Positions 24,056 to 37,704 of a stretch of 64,000 nucleotides of DNA are shown here, piece after piece. Every line of letters starts with the position of its first letter. Position 1 is the stretch's first letter. The DNA comes from Lama guanicoe. Its lineage: Eukaryota. The notes under the pieces were generated by a model. It did not search any database, had not been told where the DNA came from, and saw only the letters and a program-made list of their open reading frames with translations. Both the position numbers and the translations under genes were made by a program. The stretch lies in assembly GCA_013239625.1 (NCBI GenBank), contig MU054212.1:5988270-6052269 (forward strand), read 5' to 3'.

Positions 24056-25451
24056 AAAGATTTGCAGTGCTTCTCTGAATTCACCAGTCATTCTCCATCT
24101 CCCAGATTTTAACCTCCGTTCTCTTGTACCTTTCCAATGTGATGGTAACTCTTTGAGAGCAGAGTCCTGACTGGTTGTTCCCACCACCCTGCATTCATCT
24201 CATGCTTAAATGCCTGTTTCCTAAGCGTTTTTTTTCATAACCAAATATCCCAAGATAACAGTCACTTAAGTTTAGACTCCTACCATTTTCCAAAACTCAG
24301 TAACCTTAAAAGTTTGACACGTTCTGCTGGCCAGCACTCCTGATGATGCAGACATAGTCTATAATGTAAAGTCTTTTTCTTATCTGCCATTGGATTTCTG
24401 TGACAGTTTGTGATTGTCACTGTTTTTTGTGCCTCTGTTGATACATATTCTTTCCTCTCATAGCATCTTTCAGGAAGATCATTTTCACTTCTTCCTTCCC
24501 AATTTCCTTTGTTTGCTCAAACTTACATTCGTTGCCCCGTGTTTAAGGGCTTGTGACGGTGTTAAGTTCCATCTGCATTTGATTTCTTTTTCTATTTTTG
24601 GTTCCTTTCAGATCCCAAATTAATGATGCCACTAAGCAAGGAAAAGTGTGTTAATGAGCCAATTTCATCTTGACAGGCTCAAAGCGCAGTTATTATCCTG
24701 TGGGGTATTTTAGATAATGACCGCCGAGTTTAACCCAGAAAACCAATGAAAAGAACCTTTTCTTTCCTCTGCGTAGGCTGCTATTAACAACAACAACAAC
24801 AAAGTGCACTTTTTTCCATGCACCATTTAGTTCTCCCCAGCTTCTCTCAAAATCGATGCTGTCTAAATATGAAAATTATAACTTAAATGAAAATGTTACT
24901 TTCTAACGTTAAGCTGCTTATACCTCATTACAGAAAAACTTCGTAACAGCTCGACGAGGCAGCTCCCATTATGAGCTTCACGTTACAGATGGAGAAACTG
25001 AGTTTCTGAGAGGCAAAGGACTGTCCCCAAAGTCCCCTTAGAACATGATACATCCAGCAGGCAACCCCGCTCTGACAGAGTTTGAAGCTACCACTTTCCT
25101 GGACCTGGGTCCCTTTTTCAGTCAGTCTGAGAGAGGCAGCTTTTACCCAATATTTGTAAGAGGTGCCTGCAAGTTAGGAGTTTAATTCATCGGTTTTCAT
25201 AAAGGGGAAACTGAAATACTGTTTTTCAAATAGGGTTCCTCAAGCCCTTGTGACAGCCGGGCAGATCAAATAAATGAGGAAAAGGGGCGGAGGTGTATAA
25301 AGTAAAAGCAAAATACAGCTGACAAGCTCAGGGTAGTTGGTGCCTTGGCGGATGCTTGGCTTGGTGTTGCCAGATATCCTGATATTTTCCAAAGAAGCCA
25401 GAAATTCAGTTTTTCACTTGAAATGTTCCAATTATTAAATGTTGGCAACAA

Positions 25452-25560
25452 GGGCAGTGAGAGCATAGCTCAGTGGTAGAGCACATGCCTAGCATGCAGG
25501 AGGTCCCAGGTTCAATCCCCAGCATCTCCATTACTTAATAATGAAACAACATATTTTTAA
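25452..25560 (+). mobile_element. Vic-1-like SINE inserted in a MER102-like hAT remnant
   Basis: tRNA-Ala-like head (TAGCTCAGTGG...GGTTCAATCC). Degenerate TSD AAATG(T/C)TGGC(A/C)AC. Confidence 0.8.
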
Positions 25561-25684
25561 AAATGCTGGCCACTAAACAGATTTGTTTGTTTTTGTAACT
25601 GTGCAAACTGAGTGTGTCTACACAGCCCACAAGCTGCCAGCCAGTGAGTGACTCTGGTGTACAGACTAACGTTGGCCCATAAAC

Positions 25685-25882
25685 TGCACGTCCAGTATGG
25701 TAGCCACTAGCCACCTGCAACTATTTTAATTTTAATTGTAATGAAATCAAATTTAAAATTCAGTTCTTCAGTTACAACAGCAACATTTCTGGTGTTCGGT
25801 AGCGACCTGTGGCTTGTAGCTACCATAATGGACAGGGCAGATAGATCTCCAACACTGCAGGGAGTTCTCCTGGACAGCACTG
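25685..25882 (+). mobile_element. MER3-like hAT MITE
   Basis: ATGGTAGCCACTAGCCAC...AAAATTCAGTTCTTCAGT...GTGGCTTGTAGCTACCATAATGGACAG. Confidence 0.7.
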
Positions 25883-28800
25883 AACCAGAGCAACGAGAAA
25901 ATCTGGGCTGTTTTTCTGTCCTGTCTTAATCTTCCCACTGGTACTACAGCGCTTAAGTGACTGACCACCCCCTGAGCCCATTCCTGCCACTTCTCCTCCG
26001 CCTGAACCCAGAGAGGTCGCACAGACCACCCACCAGGCTGGGCTTCACCGTAACTGAGGACAAGTCAGATCCAGGGCAGACCTGGGGAGTAGGCAACACG
26101 TGTCTTTACTGTCTCCAACATCCCGGCTCTGGGACTAAAGTCAGGCCACCATCCTTCCCTTTTCACAGAGATCAGGTTCCCACAATCTTCACTTACCCTC
26201 AAAAACTTATTTTCAGGTCGTTCAACTACAGTAAATTGTAAATGATGGCCACTTACCTGAAGTTTCTACCCCTCCCTTGGACATTATATTTGCAATGTAT
26301 TCAATTCTTAGAATAAAATGTCAAGCCTAGAGGAGGCGGCGAGGCAGGATTCTTTATTCTCGTAGGAGAAGGCCATGCTCTTCTCCCTGGAGCATCTGAA
26401 ATCCTGCCGTAGGGGCAGTCGGCTCATTTCGATCCTTGTACGTCAGGCCCCATAAGGATCCCGGTCGGCAGTTTCAAAAGCAGCTTGCTCATGGGAACTC
26501 CCTGTTAGAATCGCTAACTCTAGCAGGTGAAATATGAGATTCCCAGGTGAATTTGAGTTTGAGGAAATCATGAGTAACATTTTAGTACCAGGATGTCCCA
26601 CATGCCCTGCGATGTGTTTTATCTAGAAATCCTATGGTGCTCTTGTAAAACTACTGCTTTTCTGACCCCACATGTTCATTCTAATAGTCACTCAGCTTAG
26701 GGAACCATTGATCATAGTTAATTCATTTGCCTCTAAGTAGTGTTTCATTTCTTCTTCTTTTTCCCCCAGTTCAAAGTATTTATTGGTTTCATTTATTTTT
26801 TTCCTGATTACAGAAGTACCTCATATTCAAGGTAGACATTTTGGAAAAAATAGAAAAGTAGTTATCATTCACCATCTCAACATCCATAAGTTGACCACTG
26901 TGAAGTGTTTCATTTCTCAGCCAAACCTCTGTCACCTTTAGCACAATCTTTTTAAATGGAATCACAGTCTCCTATAGTGAAATTTCAAGCTGTGTGTGAT
27001 GGTTGCCTTCATTATTCTACTTGGTCTTCACAATAACCCCATCAAGTGAGAAAGGCAAAAATCTCTCCATTTTGTCAAGGAGAAAACTGAGGCTCACAGA
27101 ATTTGAGAAATTTCCCAGGCACAACTGCCAGTAGACAGCAAATCTAGGACCCAAACTCAGGTCTTCTGGGTTCCAAAGTCAGTGCTCCGTCAACTCATCA
27201 GGGCTGTGAGTGAGAGCAGACGGGGAGAACACAAGACACACACAGAGGGACTGCCACAGAGACTTCTGAGACTGTTTCATCCCAAGTATGGTTAGCTAAC
27301 CGGTCCCCACTCTGCTGACTCACAGCTCTCTGAACCACCAGTCAAGCAGGAGACTGAGGGGCAGACCTGGGACCCAGCGTTCAGAAGGCCCCAAGTATCC
27401 AAAAATCTAAGGGTCTGAGAGAGACTTCAGAACTGGGTAATACGATCGAAACAGTCTAGAAATTGGCTTCGGGACTGGTAATGAGCGTGATGACAGAGGA
27501 TGCCTGAAAGAATGTTTGATGCTCAGAACTGTTGTTAAACTGAGTAATGAGATACTATGCCTATAATCTACCTCAACTGCCTAGTTCAGACCCTGGAATT
27601 TCCTCACAGTAACATAATGAATAGCTCCACACCTGATCTGACCCTCCGGGCCGCACTGCAGTAAACAGGGTCAGAGAGGGGTTACCACTGGAGAAGGAGA
27701 GGAAGTGGAGAGAAACCATAAACCCAGGCTCTGAGGCTCCCTAGGGGACACCTGCCCCACCCCAAATGAGTGCCGAGAGGTGATGGCAGAAGCTGAGCTG
27801 CCTCGGGAACTCACCTCCTTGGGATCTTTGCTGTTGACAGCGATTCCTTGGAGGTACCCAAGCCATCACACAGCCACAATGACAGAAAACAGCTCTGTGC
27901 TACCAGCAGAGATCCATCCAGTTCTAAAAAGTACAGCTGGTCAAGTGAACATCCAAGAGAATTAGAGGAGTTGAAGCAGCATCTGTCCATTTTAGTACAT
28001 GTCTCATCTTTAATCTTTTCTCTGAGCTAGTAATATACTGAATCTTTTGATATCCCTGGATACCGACACTTGGGTGGAAGGTCCTCTGCAGACACTGAAG
28101 GCTGGAGATCATGCTTAATCAGCACACAAAGCACAGGGTAAGAGCGTGCACTCAGCACCATGTTGTAACTCAACTAATATTCTTAATAACCAAGCAATTC
28201 ATCACTGTTAGGTGGTAGCTGAATGAATGAATCACTAATATGATAGATATCAGACCCTCATTAGATAAGGTCAGACGTAGAATCAGTTTGGGAGTGACCT
28301 TCTCTATTACCTCCAAAGAACTCAACCAGAACTCCCGAGTAATAGAGAATACTGTGATAATTGCTTCGCACACGGGGACCCAGTACACTCACACTCACAC
28401 ACACACACATGTTTACACAAATGAAACAACTGTTTTATCAAGCAATACCCTTACTTCCTATGGTAAAGTTAAAAAGCAGTAAAGCTAATATAAATGTGAT
28501 TTTATGATTATTTAATTGCAACATTATTTAATTTCTCTTCTTTACTTAATCCTTGTAGCAACCTACGAAAATGATTTCTTTACTCCTGCTTTGCAAATGG
28601 GGGTTTGAAACATTAAACAAAAGATTTTCCCCCAAGTCTCAGCCTCGTTGTTACAAAGTAATATAAACAAATATAACAATAGCCAACATTGATTAAGATT
28701 TAGTATACGCTAGGCATCTGTAAATTGGATGATAACCATGCGACAAAGGGAATATTTTTATTCCCATTTTTACATTGTATGTAAGGAGAAAGGCATTTAG

Positions 28801-30253
28801 GGATTCAGTGGCTGCTCAAGATCACATGGCCAATAGAAAAACAGACCGATTCAAACCCAGGCTCCCTGGCTGTGAAACTACACACTTAGTCTCTACATTA
28901 CATTTTTTCTACTTCTGTCCATTTTCAGAGCAATTAAAGTAAAATCCTCCCTAAGTCCTACTCAGCTTAAAGGAGCGGACCCCCGGGCTGCTGTATCCCA
29001 GCCACCTAACTTCTTCTGGGTACCCTGGAGATGTTTCACCAGTGAGCACAACTCCAGCCCAGCTGATGGGGTGACAGTGCCAATCAGGATATGTTTACCG
29101 TGGCCTCCCAAACCCAGGATGTGGCACAATGAACAAACATACCATCTAAGAAACAGTATGCCACCAAGAGATACACCTTTTTAGTGCGGTAGAATCCCTG
29201 GCAACAATTCTTTCCAATCAATCTTCTACATTACAATCAAAGTTACCTTTACAAACACAAATGTTAGCCTGTTACTCCTACAGTTAAAATATTCATAACC
29301 CTCATCATCTACTCAATAGAGTCTAAAAAAGATTGTTACTTTGCAATGTATACAAGTATTGAATCATTATGTTGTACACCTGAAACTAATACAATGTATG
29401 TCAATTATATTTCAGTTAAAGAAAGAGAGAAAATTATGGTTGGCCATGATCTTGCCCCTACTGAGCTCAAATCTCACTCTGTAGTTCCCTCTGCACAAAA
29501 CCTTAATTTTATCTAGATAGAAGAGCTTTTATATAAGCTTCTCTATGTAGCTAAAATGCCCTTTGCAACCTTGCTTGCCTAGATCCTTACTCATCCTTAA
29601 AAATCCAGCTCAACCAGAGCAGAATGTGAAAGCTTCACCTATAGAGATATTAAAATGGCCAATCATTAGAACAGAAAGAATTGAAGAGCAGAACAGTGAT
29701 CCAGGAACTAGTGGGGGGGGGAGAGAGAAATGAAAGAATGTGATCTGGGGGCTGGTAGAGGACACCAGCAATGAAGAGAAGTAGTTGTTCAAGAGCCTGG
29801 TGACTTGCGACTGAAGAGTGGGTGTTTTAGGGAGGAGATAAAATGACCTGGAAGAGGCGAACAAGGGCAAGGAAGATGCTGAGTACTCTTCTTGAGAAGC
29901 CTACAGAAGAAGCAATGTCCTAGGGGAGGGGGAGAGAGAGATTTTCTTGGGGAAGACGTTTTTACAAAGGGAATTTAAAATTTAAAGGAGATTTTTTAAA
30001 AAAAGATCCAGTTCAATATCATCTTCCCCACCTTCCCCAGCAAAATTAAGAACAGCCTCTAGAACACTGCAAGGGACGACTCCAGTGGAGCTGTATTACT
30101 AGTATGATAGTATATGATGGTTTATAGAGCAAATAAGAACGTCTCCCAGAATGCTTTGATAAATACCCTCTAATGTTACCTTGGGTGTGCCACTCTCCAA
30201 CATTCTAGGTAACAGAGGAAGTCGGTACAGCCTCTGTGGAGAGTAACTTGATA

Positions 30254-30550
30254 TGATGGTTAACTTTTTTGTGTTAACTTGGCCAGATTATGGTAGTGCC
30301 CATTTGTCTGATCAAACACTAGTCTAGATGTTCCTATGAAGTTATTTTGTAGATGTGATTGATTTTAAGTGAAGGAGATTACCCTCACTAATGCGGGTTG
30401 AAGACTTTAAGAGCAAAAACTGAGGTTTCCCACAATAGAAGGAATTCTGCTTTAAGACTGTGAAATAAACTCAGATCTTGGCAGACTGGTTCCTGTTTGC
30501 AGAAGAGCCTGGGCAGAGATTCCAGCCAGCAGCTCTGTCCATCTGTGATG

Positions 30551-30585
<35 letters not shown>

Positions 30586-31045
30586 TTTTGGCGGGGAGGA
30601 CGGGACAGATAAACCTATGCCACTGAGAACAAGGAGCAGGGCAGTGGGAAAAAATCTGGGATCAGTAAGACTGGGGAGAATGTGGAGAAAGGAAGCAAGT
30701 GTCTCCTTGATTCGAGCAGGGGAAACATGACAATGGCCAGAAATGTGACAGATCTGTCACAAGTATGTGAAAACACCCAAGAGTGGCACCCAAGTCTGTT
30801 TGCTCACATGATGTGCCCTGTGCCTAGCCCAGAACCTGGAACATACTAAATATTTGTTGGCTGGATTAGAAGTGAAGATATAAATAAATTAGCCACATAA
30901 ATTTCTTTTTTAATTCTCCCAGACTGCTAGCCTGCCTCTACAAGAACCCAGACTCAAGACTCCATCATCATCTCTTGCCTGAGTTTCCGGCCTGCCTGCC
31001 TGATTTCAGACTTGCCAGCCCACACCACTGTGTGAAGCAATGCCC
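30254..31045 (+). mobile_element. MLT2-type (ERVL) LTR, split by ~440 bp of other sequence and nested in an old L1 3' fragment
   Basis: TGATGGTTAACTTT...GTGTTAACTTGGC 5' end and GATTTCAGACTTGCCAGCCC 3' part. The flanks 30190-30253 and 31050-31480 are L1ME-like. Confidence 0.65.
30551..30585. repeat. (GT)n microsatellite
   Basis: Direct reading. Confidence 0.95.
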
Positions 31046-31548
31046 TGTTTTTAAGCTACAGATGTCCTCAATGCATGAGTGAGATTATGCGTGTGCAAGG
31101 GTCAGGAGTACTTCAGAAACAACTCAGTGCCCTTCACTGGAGGATTAGTTGACACGTTATGGCACATCCATGGGTAGAATTTGCAGCCGTAAACAAGAAA
31201 GCTCTCTAAATCCTTACATTAAAGTTTTACTCAAGGTAATATGCAGTGAGAAAAGCAAGATGCATGCAGAACAGGATGAATGGATGCTCCCATTTGTATA
31301 AAAATGAGGGAGAAGATACAGTAACACAAACACACACACCACTGTCCCCGGAAAGATGTACAAGGAATTGGTGATGTTGGGTAGCATTGGTTGTTTCTGG
31401 GGAATAGGAAACTTGTACCTTTGAAATCTGGTAACATACATTATGAAAACAAATTAATTCAAAATGAAATAAAAAGGCACACCATGTAACACTGAAGGCA
31501 GGCAGAATCCTGGGTGGCTGTCCGGGACTGCCCACCGGCTTGTGATGT

Positions 31549-31569
31549 CTCTGCCCTCTAGAGGCGGCC
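31549..31569 (-). promoter_or_regulatory. CTCF core motif
   Basis: Minus strand reads GGCCGCCTCTAGAGGGCAGA, in a locally GC-rich non-repeat patch. Confidence 0.5.
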
Positions 31570-32793
31570 TGGAGAAGAGCTCGGCATGACTGTTCCTGTG
31601 GACCCCTCACCAGCCAGCCTCCAGCTGGTCTGGGGGCACAGGCCTGCGAGGGCTGCTCACGGGACTCTTTTCCTCTGGTTCCACGCCTTCCTCAGCTGCC
31701 AACAGCGGTCCCCATATTGGCGGCAGTCAACAGCCGCTAGAGTGGGAGGAATCAGAACTTGAATGAACCACAGCTCTACTGGAATCTCTTCGAGTCCCAC
31801 GTGTTGAAACAGAATTGAGCAGAGCTCACTCTGCTCACTAATGAAATATGGATACTTCATTATTCTGGTCCAAAATACAAAACTAGAAAAGGAAATTGTA
31901 GAATGATTTTTTTTTTCATTTACGAGTGTAGCCTTTGCCCTAACAATGAATTACGTAATGAATCCCGAGGTTGGATTTGAAATCCTGGCACACTCTAAAC
32001 GTGCAGAAAGGACTCTGTCATCACCTGTTCTCCCTTCAGGCTGCAGCTGAAAAGTACAGAAGGTAAACCGTTTTCTAAGCTGTTTGATTTTTCGAAATTT
32101 AAATCTGTATTGTAAGTTAACAATTTGTTTCCACCATCACACAGTCATTGTTAATATTTTTCATATTCTCATCAACTAATTTCTTCCCCAAAAGAAACTA
32201 AGATGCATTTTCTGATTAGAAAATGATGACATGGCCCCTGGCGTCAGCAACAGAGCGGGGCTGACAGGCTGTCTGCTCCCCTCTGTGCTGGAATCACTGG
32301 TGATTCCAGTCTCTTCCCAGCTGCTTGCCTTGCCATCACCTTTACTTCCCCGTACTTTCCACCGCTGAGGACAAGTGCGATCTCTGCCCCCTCACGGTGC
32401 TTCTGGGGACGCATGTGTGATTCCCCACAGCCACTCTGACCATCAGGACCCTCTGTGACTACTCAGGGCTCCCTCTGATACCACAAGAACCCCAGAAACC
32501 CCACTGCCAACTGCTGCTGCTGTATGGGAACTGGAGAGCAGGGAGCTGTGACTGATCCCGCTGAGTGGAACCCAGAATTAACCAACCTTCTCGCAGAAAT
32601 AATGCTGTCACCCTGGCTGTCTACTATTACTAATACCGTAATTTCGTACAGAGGTGCTAAACAGGACTTTGGGATCAGTTTGGAAAATTAAACTATGACA
32701 TTAGCACTATGGCTGTTGGAAAATGCATTCTGAACTTAGACTTAGAAAGGAACACTAGAAAGAAAGAAATAAAGAGAGAGAGGGAGGGTGGGA

Positions 32794-32833
32794 GGAAGGA
32801 AGGAAGGAAGGAAGGAAGGAAGGAAGGAAGGAA
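32794..32833. repeat. (GGAA)n microsatellite in a polypurine tract
   Basis: About 10 GGAA units read directly. Confidence 0.95.
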
Positions 32834-33866
32834 GACTTGTAAGCAACTGATATTTGAGCCCAAATAAATGAAGCTTAGAATCACATTAATGTTTAAAAAA
32901 TCCATTTGAGGCAACGTACACATGAACTATAACATCCATCTTCACCAATGTGTGTATTTTCAGATGTTTTCTCTAGTAGCCCAGAGTAGTTGTGGCAAGA
33001 GCGGCCATCCTCCTAGAATGGGGTGCCCGCTGTGGTCAGACTCAGAATGTTTCTTTGTAGTGGTGTAGACAAAGCTACATGTCCAAGTGCTTTTCTCATG
33101 TTATGCCTCCTGCCCCTCTGCTCCAGCCTGACTGCATTTCTTGAAAACACCAAGGTCGTGTCCACCTTTCTGTGCTCCTAGGGTCCGAATATACTTCCCA
33201 AGATTCTGGCTTGGCTCTCTGCACAGCTGCATTCGTTCCCTCCCCAGAGACACCACAGCTGTGAACCCAGTTTCAAATAGCCTCCCTTCCAGCACCCTCG
33301 CTCTACTTTTATTTTTCTTTAAAACATGTATTTACCTGAAAGACGTATTTATTTGTTTGCTTACTTTTTGCTTCTTCAACTAGAATGGAAGACTGGTGGG
33401 GGGCGAGGAATTTGTTCCCCATCTTCACTACTAAAACCCCAGGTGCCTGGCAAGGCACATAGTAGACGCATAGTAGACCCAGAACAAAAAATACACGATT
33501 TTCAGGAATGAACAGATTAGTCTGCCAGTCTTAACATCACGTCTTCTGTCTTGTCTTGGTCAGATCTGTCAGGCGCTCTCACTGAGCTCTTCAGAGTACA
33601 CTCTGGTGCAAAGACAAATGCAGTGGTTACAAGTGACTCCTGAATCTGGTTGGAATTCTGGCCCCAGCACTTTCTAGTTTTATGACCTCGAACAAATTAT
33701 CTCACCTCTCAAAGTCTCCTTCCTTGTCTATAATATTGAAACAACACAAGAATTTTCTTCATAGGGTGTGATGACAATTAAATGGGTTAATGCATAGAAA
33801 GCTTTTAGTATGGTGCCTGCATATTTTGTTTAAATATTATTAAACCCCTGGTTTTATAGTTCTGGG

Positions 33867-33874
33867 GTGTGTGT

Positions 33875-33912
<38 letters not shown>
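33867..33912. repeat. (GT)n microsatellite
   Basis: Direct reading; one interruption. Confidence 0.95.
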
Positions 33913-33920
<8 letters not shown>

Positions 33921-36477
33921 ACACACTCACATGCTCAGAGCCTTGTTTCTCAGGCAACAAATTTTTCCTTACCTTTTAAAATGCACTTTTTCGGGGTTTG
34001 GGGTTGGTTCTTTGGTGGCCGTCTGCTCTAATTTTCTGGCTTCATCTCCGCTGATGGCTAGTCCTGCTCAAATCGCTTGGTATTTTTCATTAATTGCCCA
34101 ACTGAATAAATAACAAACGGTCCAGTGTTTCCCAAGTGTGGCTGCTGGAATAGCAGGTGCTAGTTTTTTTTTTTTTAAGATATTTTTAGGGCTTCACTGT
34201 TGATTAAGGTCCTCTTGGGATGGGGGCCAGAAACACATATTTTAAGCAATTCCTCCAGATGATTCTTATGCACTGCAGAGTTTGGGAACCACCCAAAGAG
34301 GCCCATGGGTACTGGCAGCTGGCGGGAATTTGGTCAGACAGCACATCCATCAGAGCTCCAGGGACGAAGCCATGCGCCCACCTCTCCTCACCGCGTCTCT
34401 CCTCTGCAGAGAACTGCCCCCAGGGGTGCTCCGTGCTGTGTGTACCCGATGGGCCTCGGGGTTGGCCTCACTTCCTCACGTGCTGGCCTTGCTTGGCCGA
34501 AGAGCCCTGTTTACTTGCAACACTGGTGAACAAGCTCACATCCTTTAACAATGGATACTAATGTCTAATCATCACATTGTACACATCAAATATATTACAG
34601 TTTTGTCCATTATACCTAAAAAAAACAAAACAGAACTGGGGAAAATGACCCTGCAGCTCTGCCAACCCTGGCAATCCTTCCTGAAGAAGCCTTCAGGGAG
34701 TTCCCCGTCTTTGCCAGCAACTGTCCGCGCACCCAGCCCTGCCCGCTAAGCCATGAGGATCCGCTGGGACCAGGCCCTGGGGTCTGCTTTCACTTCGGTT
34801 CAAATTGTGCTTCACCTGGAAGATCCTCCTCATCGTTTATCGTCTGCAGTCGAGGACTTTGTTAGCTTCAGCCCTGCTATATTTTTCTGCCCTGTTATTG
34901 CCTCTTTGGGGTATTTTCCAGTGGTCGTGGGGGAGACGTTTGATCATCTGTTAACACTGCTCTCCCCCCCACCCCGTCCCCCCAGACAGCAGTTTTTTTA
35001 AACGCTAAGTCTCCTGATGGGAGCAGTTTCATTGCTAGTGATTCATTCTCACCTCAAAGAACTAGTTAACGGCCAGAGCAGGAGAGAAACGTTCAGGTTT
35101 CATTTTCATAAGCCTTGAGAAGTTCTGCAAGGAGCTTCTCCGTCTAGAAGGCGCAGAGAGGCCTCGGGTCGGGGGCGTATGCTGCAGACCACCTGTGCGT
35201 GTTTGCACCTGGGCAAGATTTATGTCCCCAAACCTGGAACTCGGACTGGAGGGGCTCGTGCCTGCAGACACCGACCCAGAGCAGCACATGGCAGTCGAAG
35301 TCATGGGACAGGCGGTTTCGAAACTGAGTGAATTTGGCCCCAAGAGGAGGGTCTTAGATTCTAGCCATTACTGACACCAGATAGTCTTGTTCAAAACATC
35401 ATTATTAAAATAGCCTTTTTGATATCTCTTTCTACTTTGCTTGTAAGTCAGCTCTGGTTCTTTGGAAGGTGCGCTCTGAAGGCAGCACGTACTAGGGCCA
35501 GATCTTATTATCACAGGCTGTCCCAGAAAGGCCACTAGGCTTGCTTTGTTTATGGGGCAGCTGGATATGATCAGAAGTAGAAAGGCCAGACGTTCAGGGC
35601 CTGAGCTGCTGGGCCATGTCTGACCTTCCAATCCTTTAGAAATAGGAGCTGAAAAATCCAGTCCCATGTTGACTTATCAAATGTATCATTGGCCCTCAAA
35701 TTCAGACTGCTGTATTTTACTCAAGTTGCTTCATCCAGCTAATCTGGGGAGCTGACTGATGACCAAAGAAGGTCTTGTTATAAAGTGACATTTGTTAATA
35801 GAGCTCCGGGCCCCAAAATGGGATTTCTCAGATACTGGAAACAGGGTCACCTAATAATTCTGCCTCTTAGTCACAGACCTATTTAATCTGAGATTTTTTT
35901 TTTCAAATTCATTTACTTAAGAAATCAGATCATTCATTACAATTAATTTGGCAAGCAAAGACAGCCAGCTGCTCAAGTGAGATCCCCAATTTTCTAACAA
36001 ATTGAATAAACACTCATTTGTTTGTATGTTGATATAATTATGGAATTAGCAAAATGGCCTGTTCCTCAGCGTGAGAAGTTGAGATCCAAATTATTTCACA
36101 ACGGCTTATCTCTGTTGCAAGTTAAATGAAACGGAGAATCTATTCAAACCAAACTTAAAAAAAAAATCATTGTTTAAAAAATAAAGACCATTTGGACATA
36201 GTTTGAAACCTCAAGTTGTGATTTCCACGTGGGCCTCACTCTCTCTCTCAAATACGGGGCCCACATCCTACTTGAAATGGTGCTGATTCTCCCTGGACCT
36301 CTGTTCTCAGGCTGCCTTCCTCTCATTATAAGAATCTTTTGTTTAGTAGGACAAATTTTCATTAAGCGCTTGTATCATATACTCTCTATACATGTTTCCA
36401 CTATTTGCAACAGCTTTTTGAGGTTCCAGGAAAATGATGAAAAGAGTTTAAGTTTATGACCATCTCATCACTTAATT

Positions 36478-36720
36478 AATTTTTTTAGAGGGGGAATAAT
36501 TAGGTTTATCTTATTTATTTATTATTAATATATTAATTATATAATATATTAATAATAAATAAATTAATAATATAAATAATATATATAATATAATAATAAT
36601 ATAAATAATATAATAATATAAATAATATAATTAATATATTAATTAATATACTGAGGATTGAACCCAGGACCTCATGCATGCTAGGCACACACTCTACCAC
36701 CGAGCTATGCCCTCTACCCT
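36478..36720 (-). mobile_element. Vic-1-like SINE containing a 140-bp pure A/T expansion
   Basis: Reverse-complement head at 36651-36720 and reverse-complement tail at 36478-36510. Positions 36511-36650 contain only A and T. Confidence 0.85.
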
Positions 36721-37424
36721 CTTCTCGGCATTTAAATGGGAAGAGAACTAATTTGCAGAAATGCCGCCGCCTTTTACGCAGGAGAGTAACTGTGTGCGGC
36801 TGGGGAGAAGGGATGTTGATTTTCCTGCTGTCCTCACCCCCACAGAGAGGAAGGCCCCTGAAAACACATCCCGCCCTCCTCCCTGCCTCCATCTGCCTGT
36901 GTGCCTGGAAACAAGGACAGACTCACCTGTCTGGAGATAGTGGAGGCAAAGGATGGGCTCCCGTGTGGTTCTTCCTCAGTCTTCCTGCAGCATCTCCACT
37001 TCTCCTTCGGTTCACGGTGAGCCGTGAACAACCAGCGATGAAATACCAGAGAGGGAAGTGGGCCTGGAGGCCCAAAGTGCTCTGGTCTGCATAGCCGGGC
37101 CGGAGGCAGGCTGGAATTCTGTCTTCCTGGACAGATGAGTGTCTATACCTCTCATCAGGGGAGTGGGCGAGAAAGCTCTAGATTTGGGGGTCGGACAGGA
37201 GTTTAGGAAGATCTCAGCACAACATGTAATTGTTTGAGATAATTATTTGGTGGTGTTCTGTAATGTTCAATTAATTCCTGTGTCAGTTTTTTTTCTCAAA
37301 CTTAGTAGAAAGCAAGAAGAGGAATAATTATATTTCTTAGTTGGAACACCCCTCCCCACCCCAGTCACCAAATCGTCCACTTTATAGCCCTGAAGACTCT
37401 GTGTTAAAAGACTACTGGAAATTA

Positions 37425-37704
37425 CTTGTGGTTGCCAAGGGGGCGGGGGGTGGGAAGCGACAGACTGGGATTTCAGAATTTGTAAATACCGACAGGAATA
37501 TGCAGAATAGATAAACAAGATTATACGATATAGCACAGGGAAATATATACAAGATCTTGTGGTAGCTCACAGCGGAAAAAGAAATGTGACAATGAATATA
37601 TGTACGTTCATGCATAACTGAAAAATCATGCTCTACACTGGAATTTGACACAACATTGTAAAATGACTATAACTCAATAAAAAATGTTTAAAAGAATAGA
37701 TAAA
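37425..37704 (+). mobile_element. 5'-truncated young L1 3' end
   Basis: L1 3'UTR with G-rich tract and poly(A). Perfect 19-bp TSD AAAAGACTACTGGAAATTA at 37406-37424 and 37705-37723. Confidence 0.9.

Noticed and set aside
25455..25530. tRNA-Ala(AGC)-like genes (also at 560, 17292, 36651, 57060)
   Set aside because: They have SINE tails and TSDs, broken acceptor stems and mutated anticodon loops, so they are SINE heads rather than tRNA genes.
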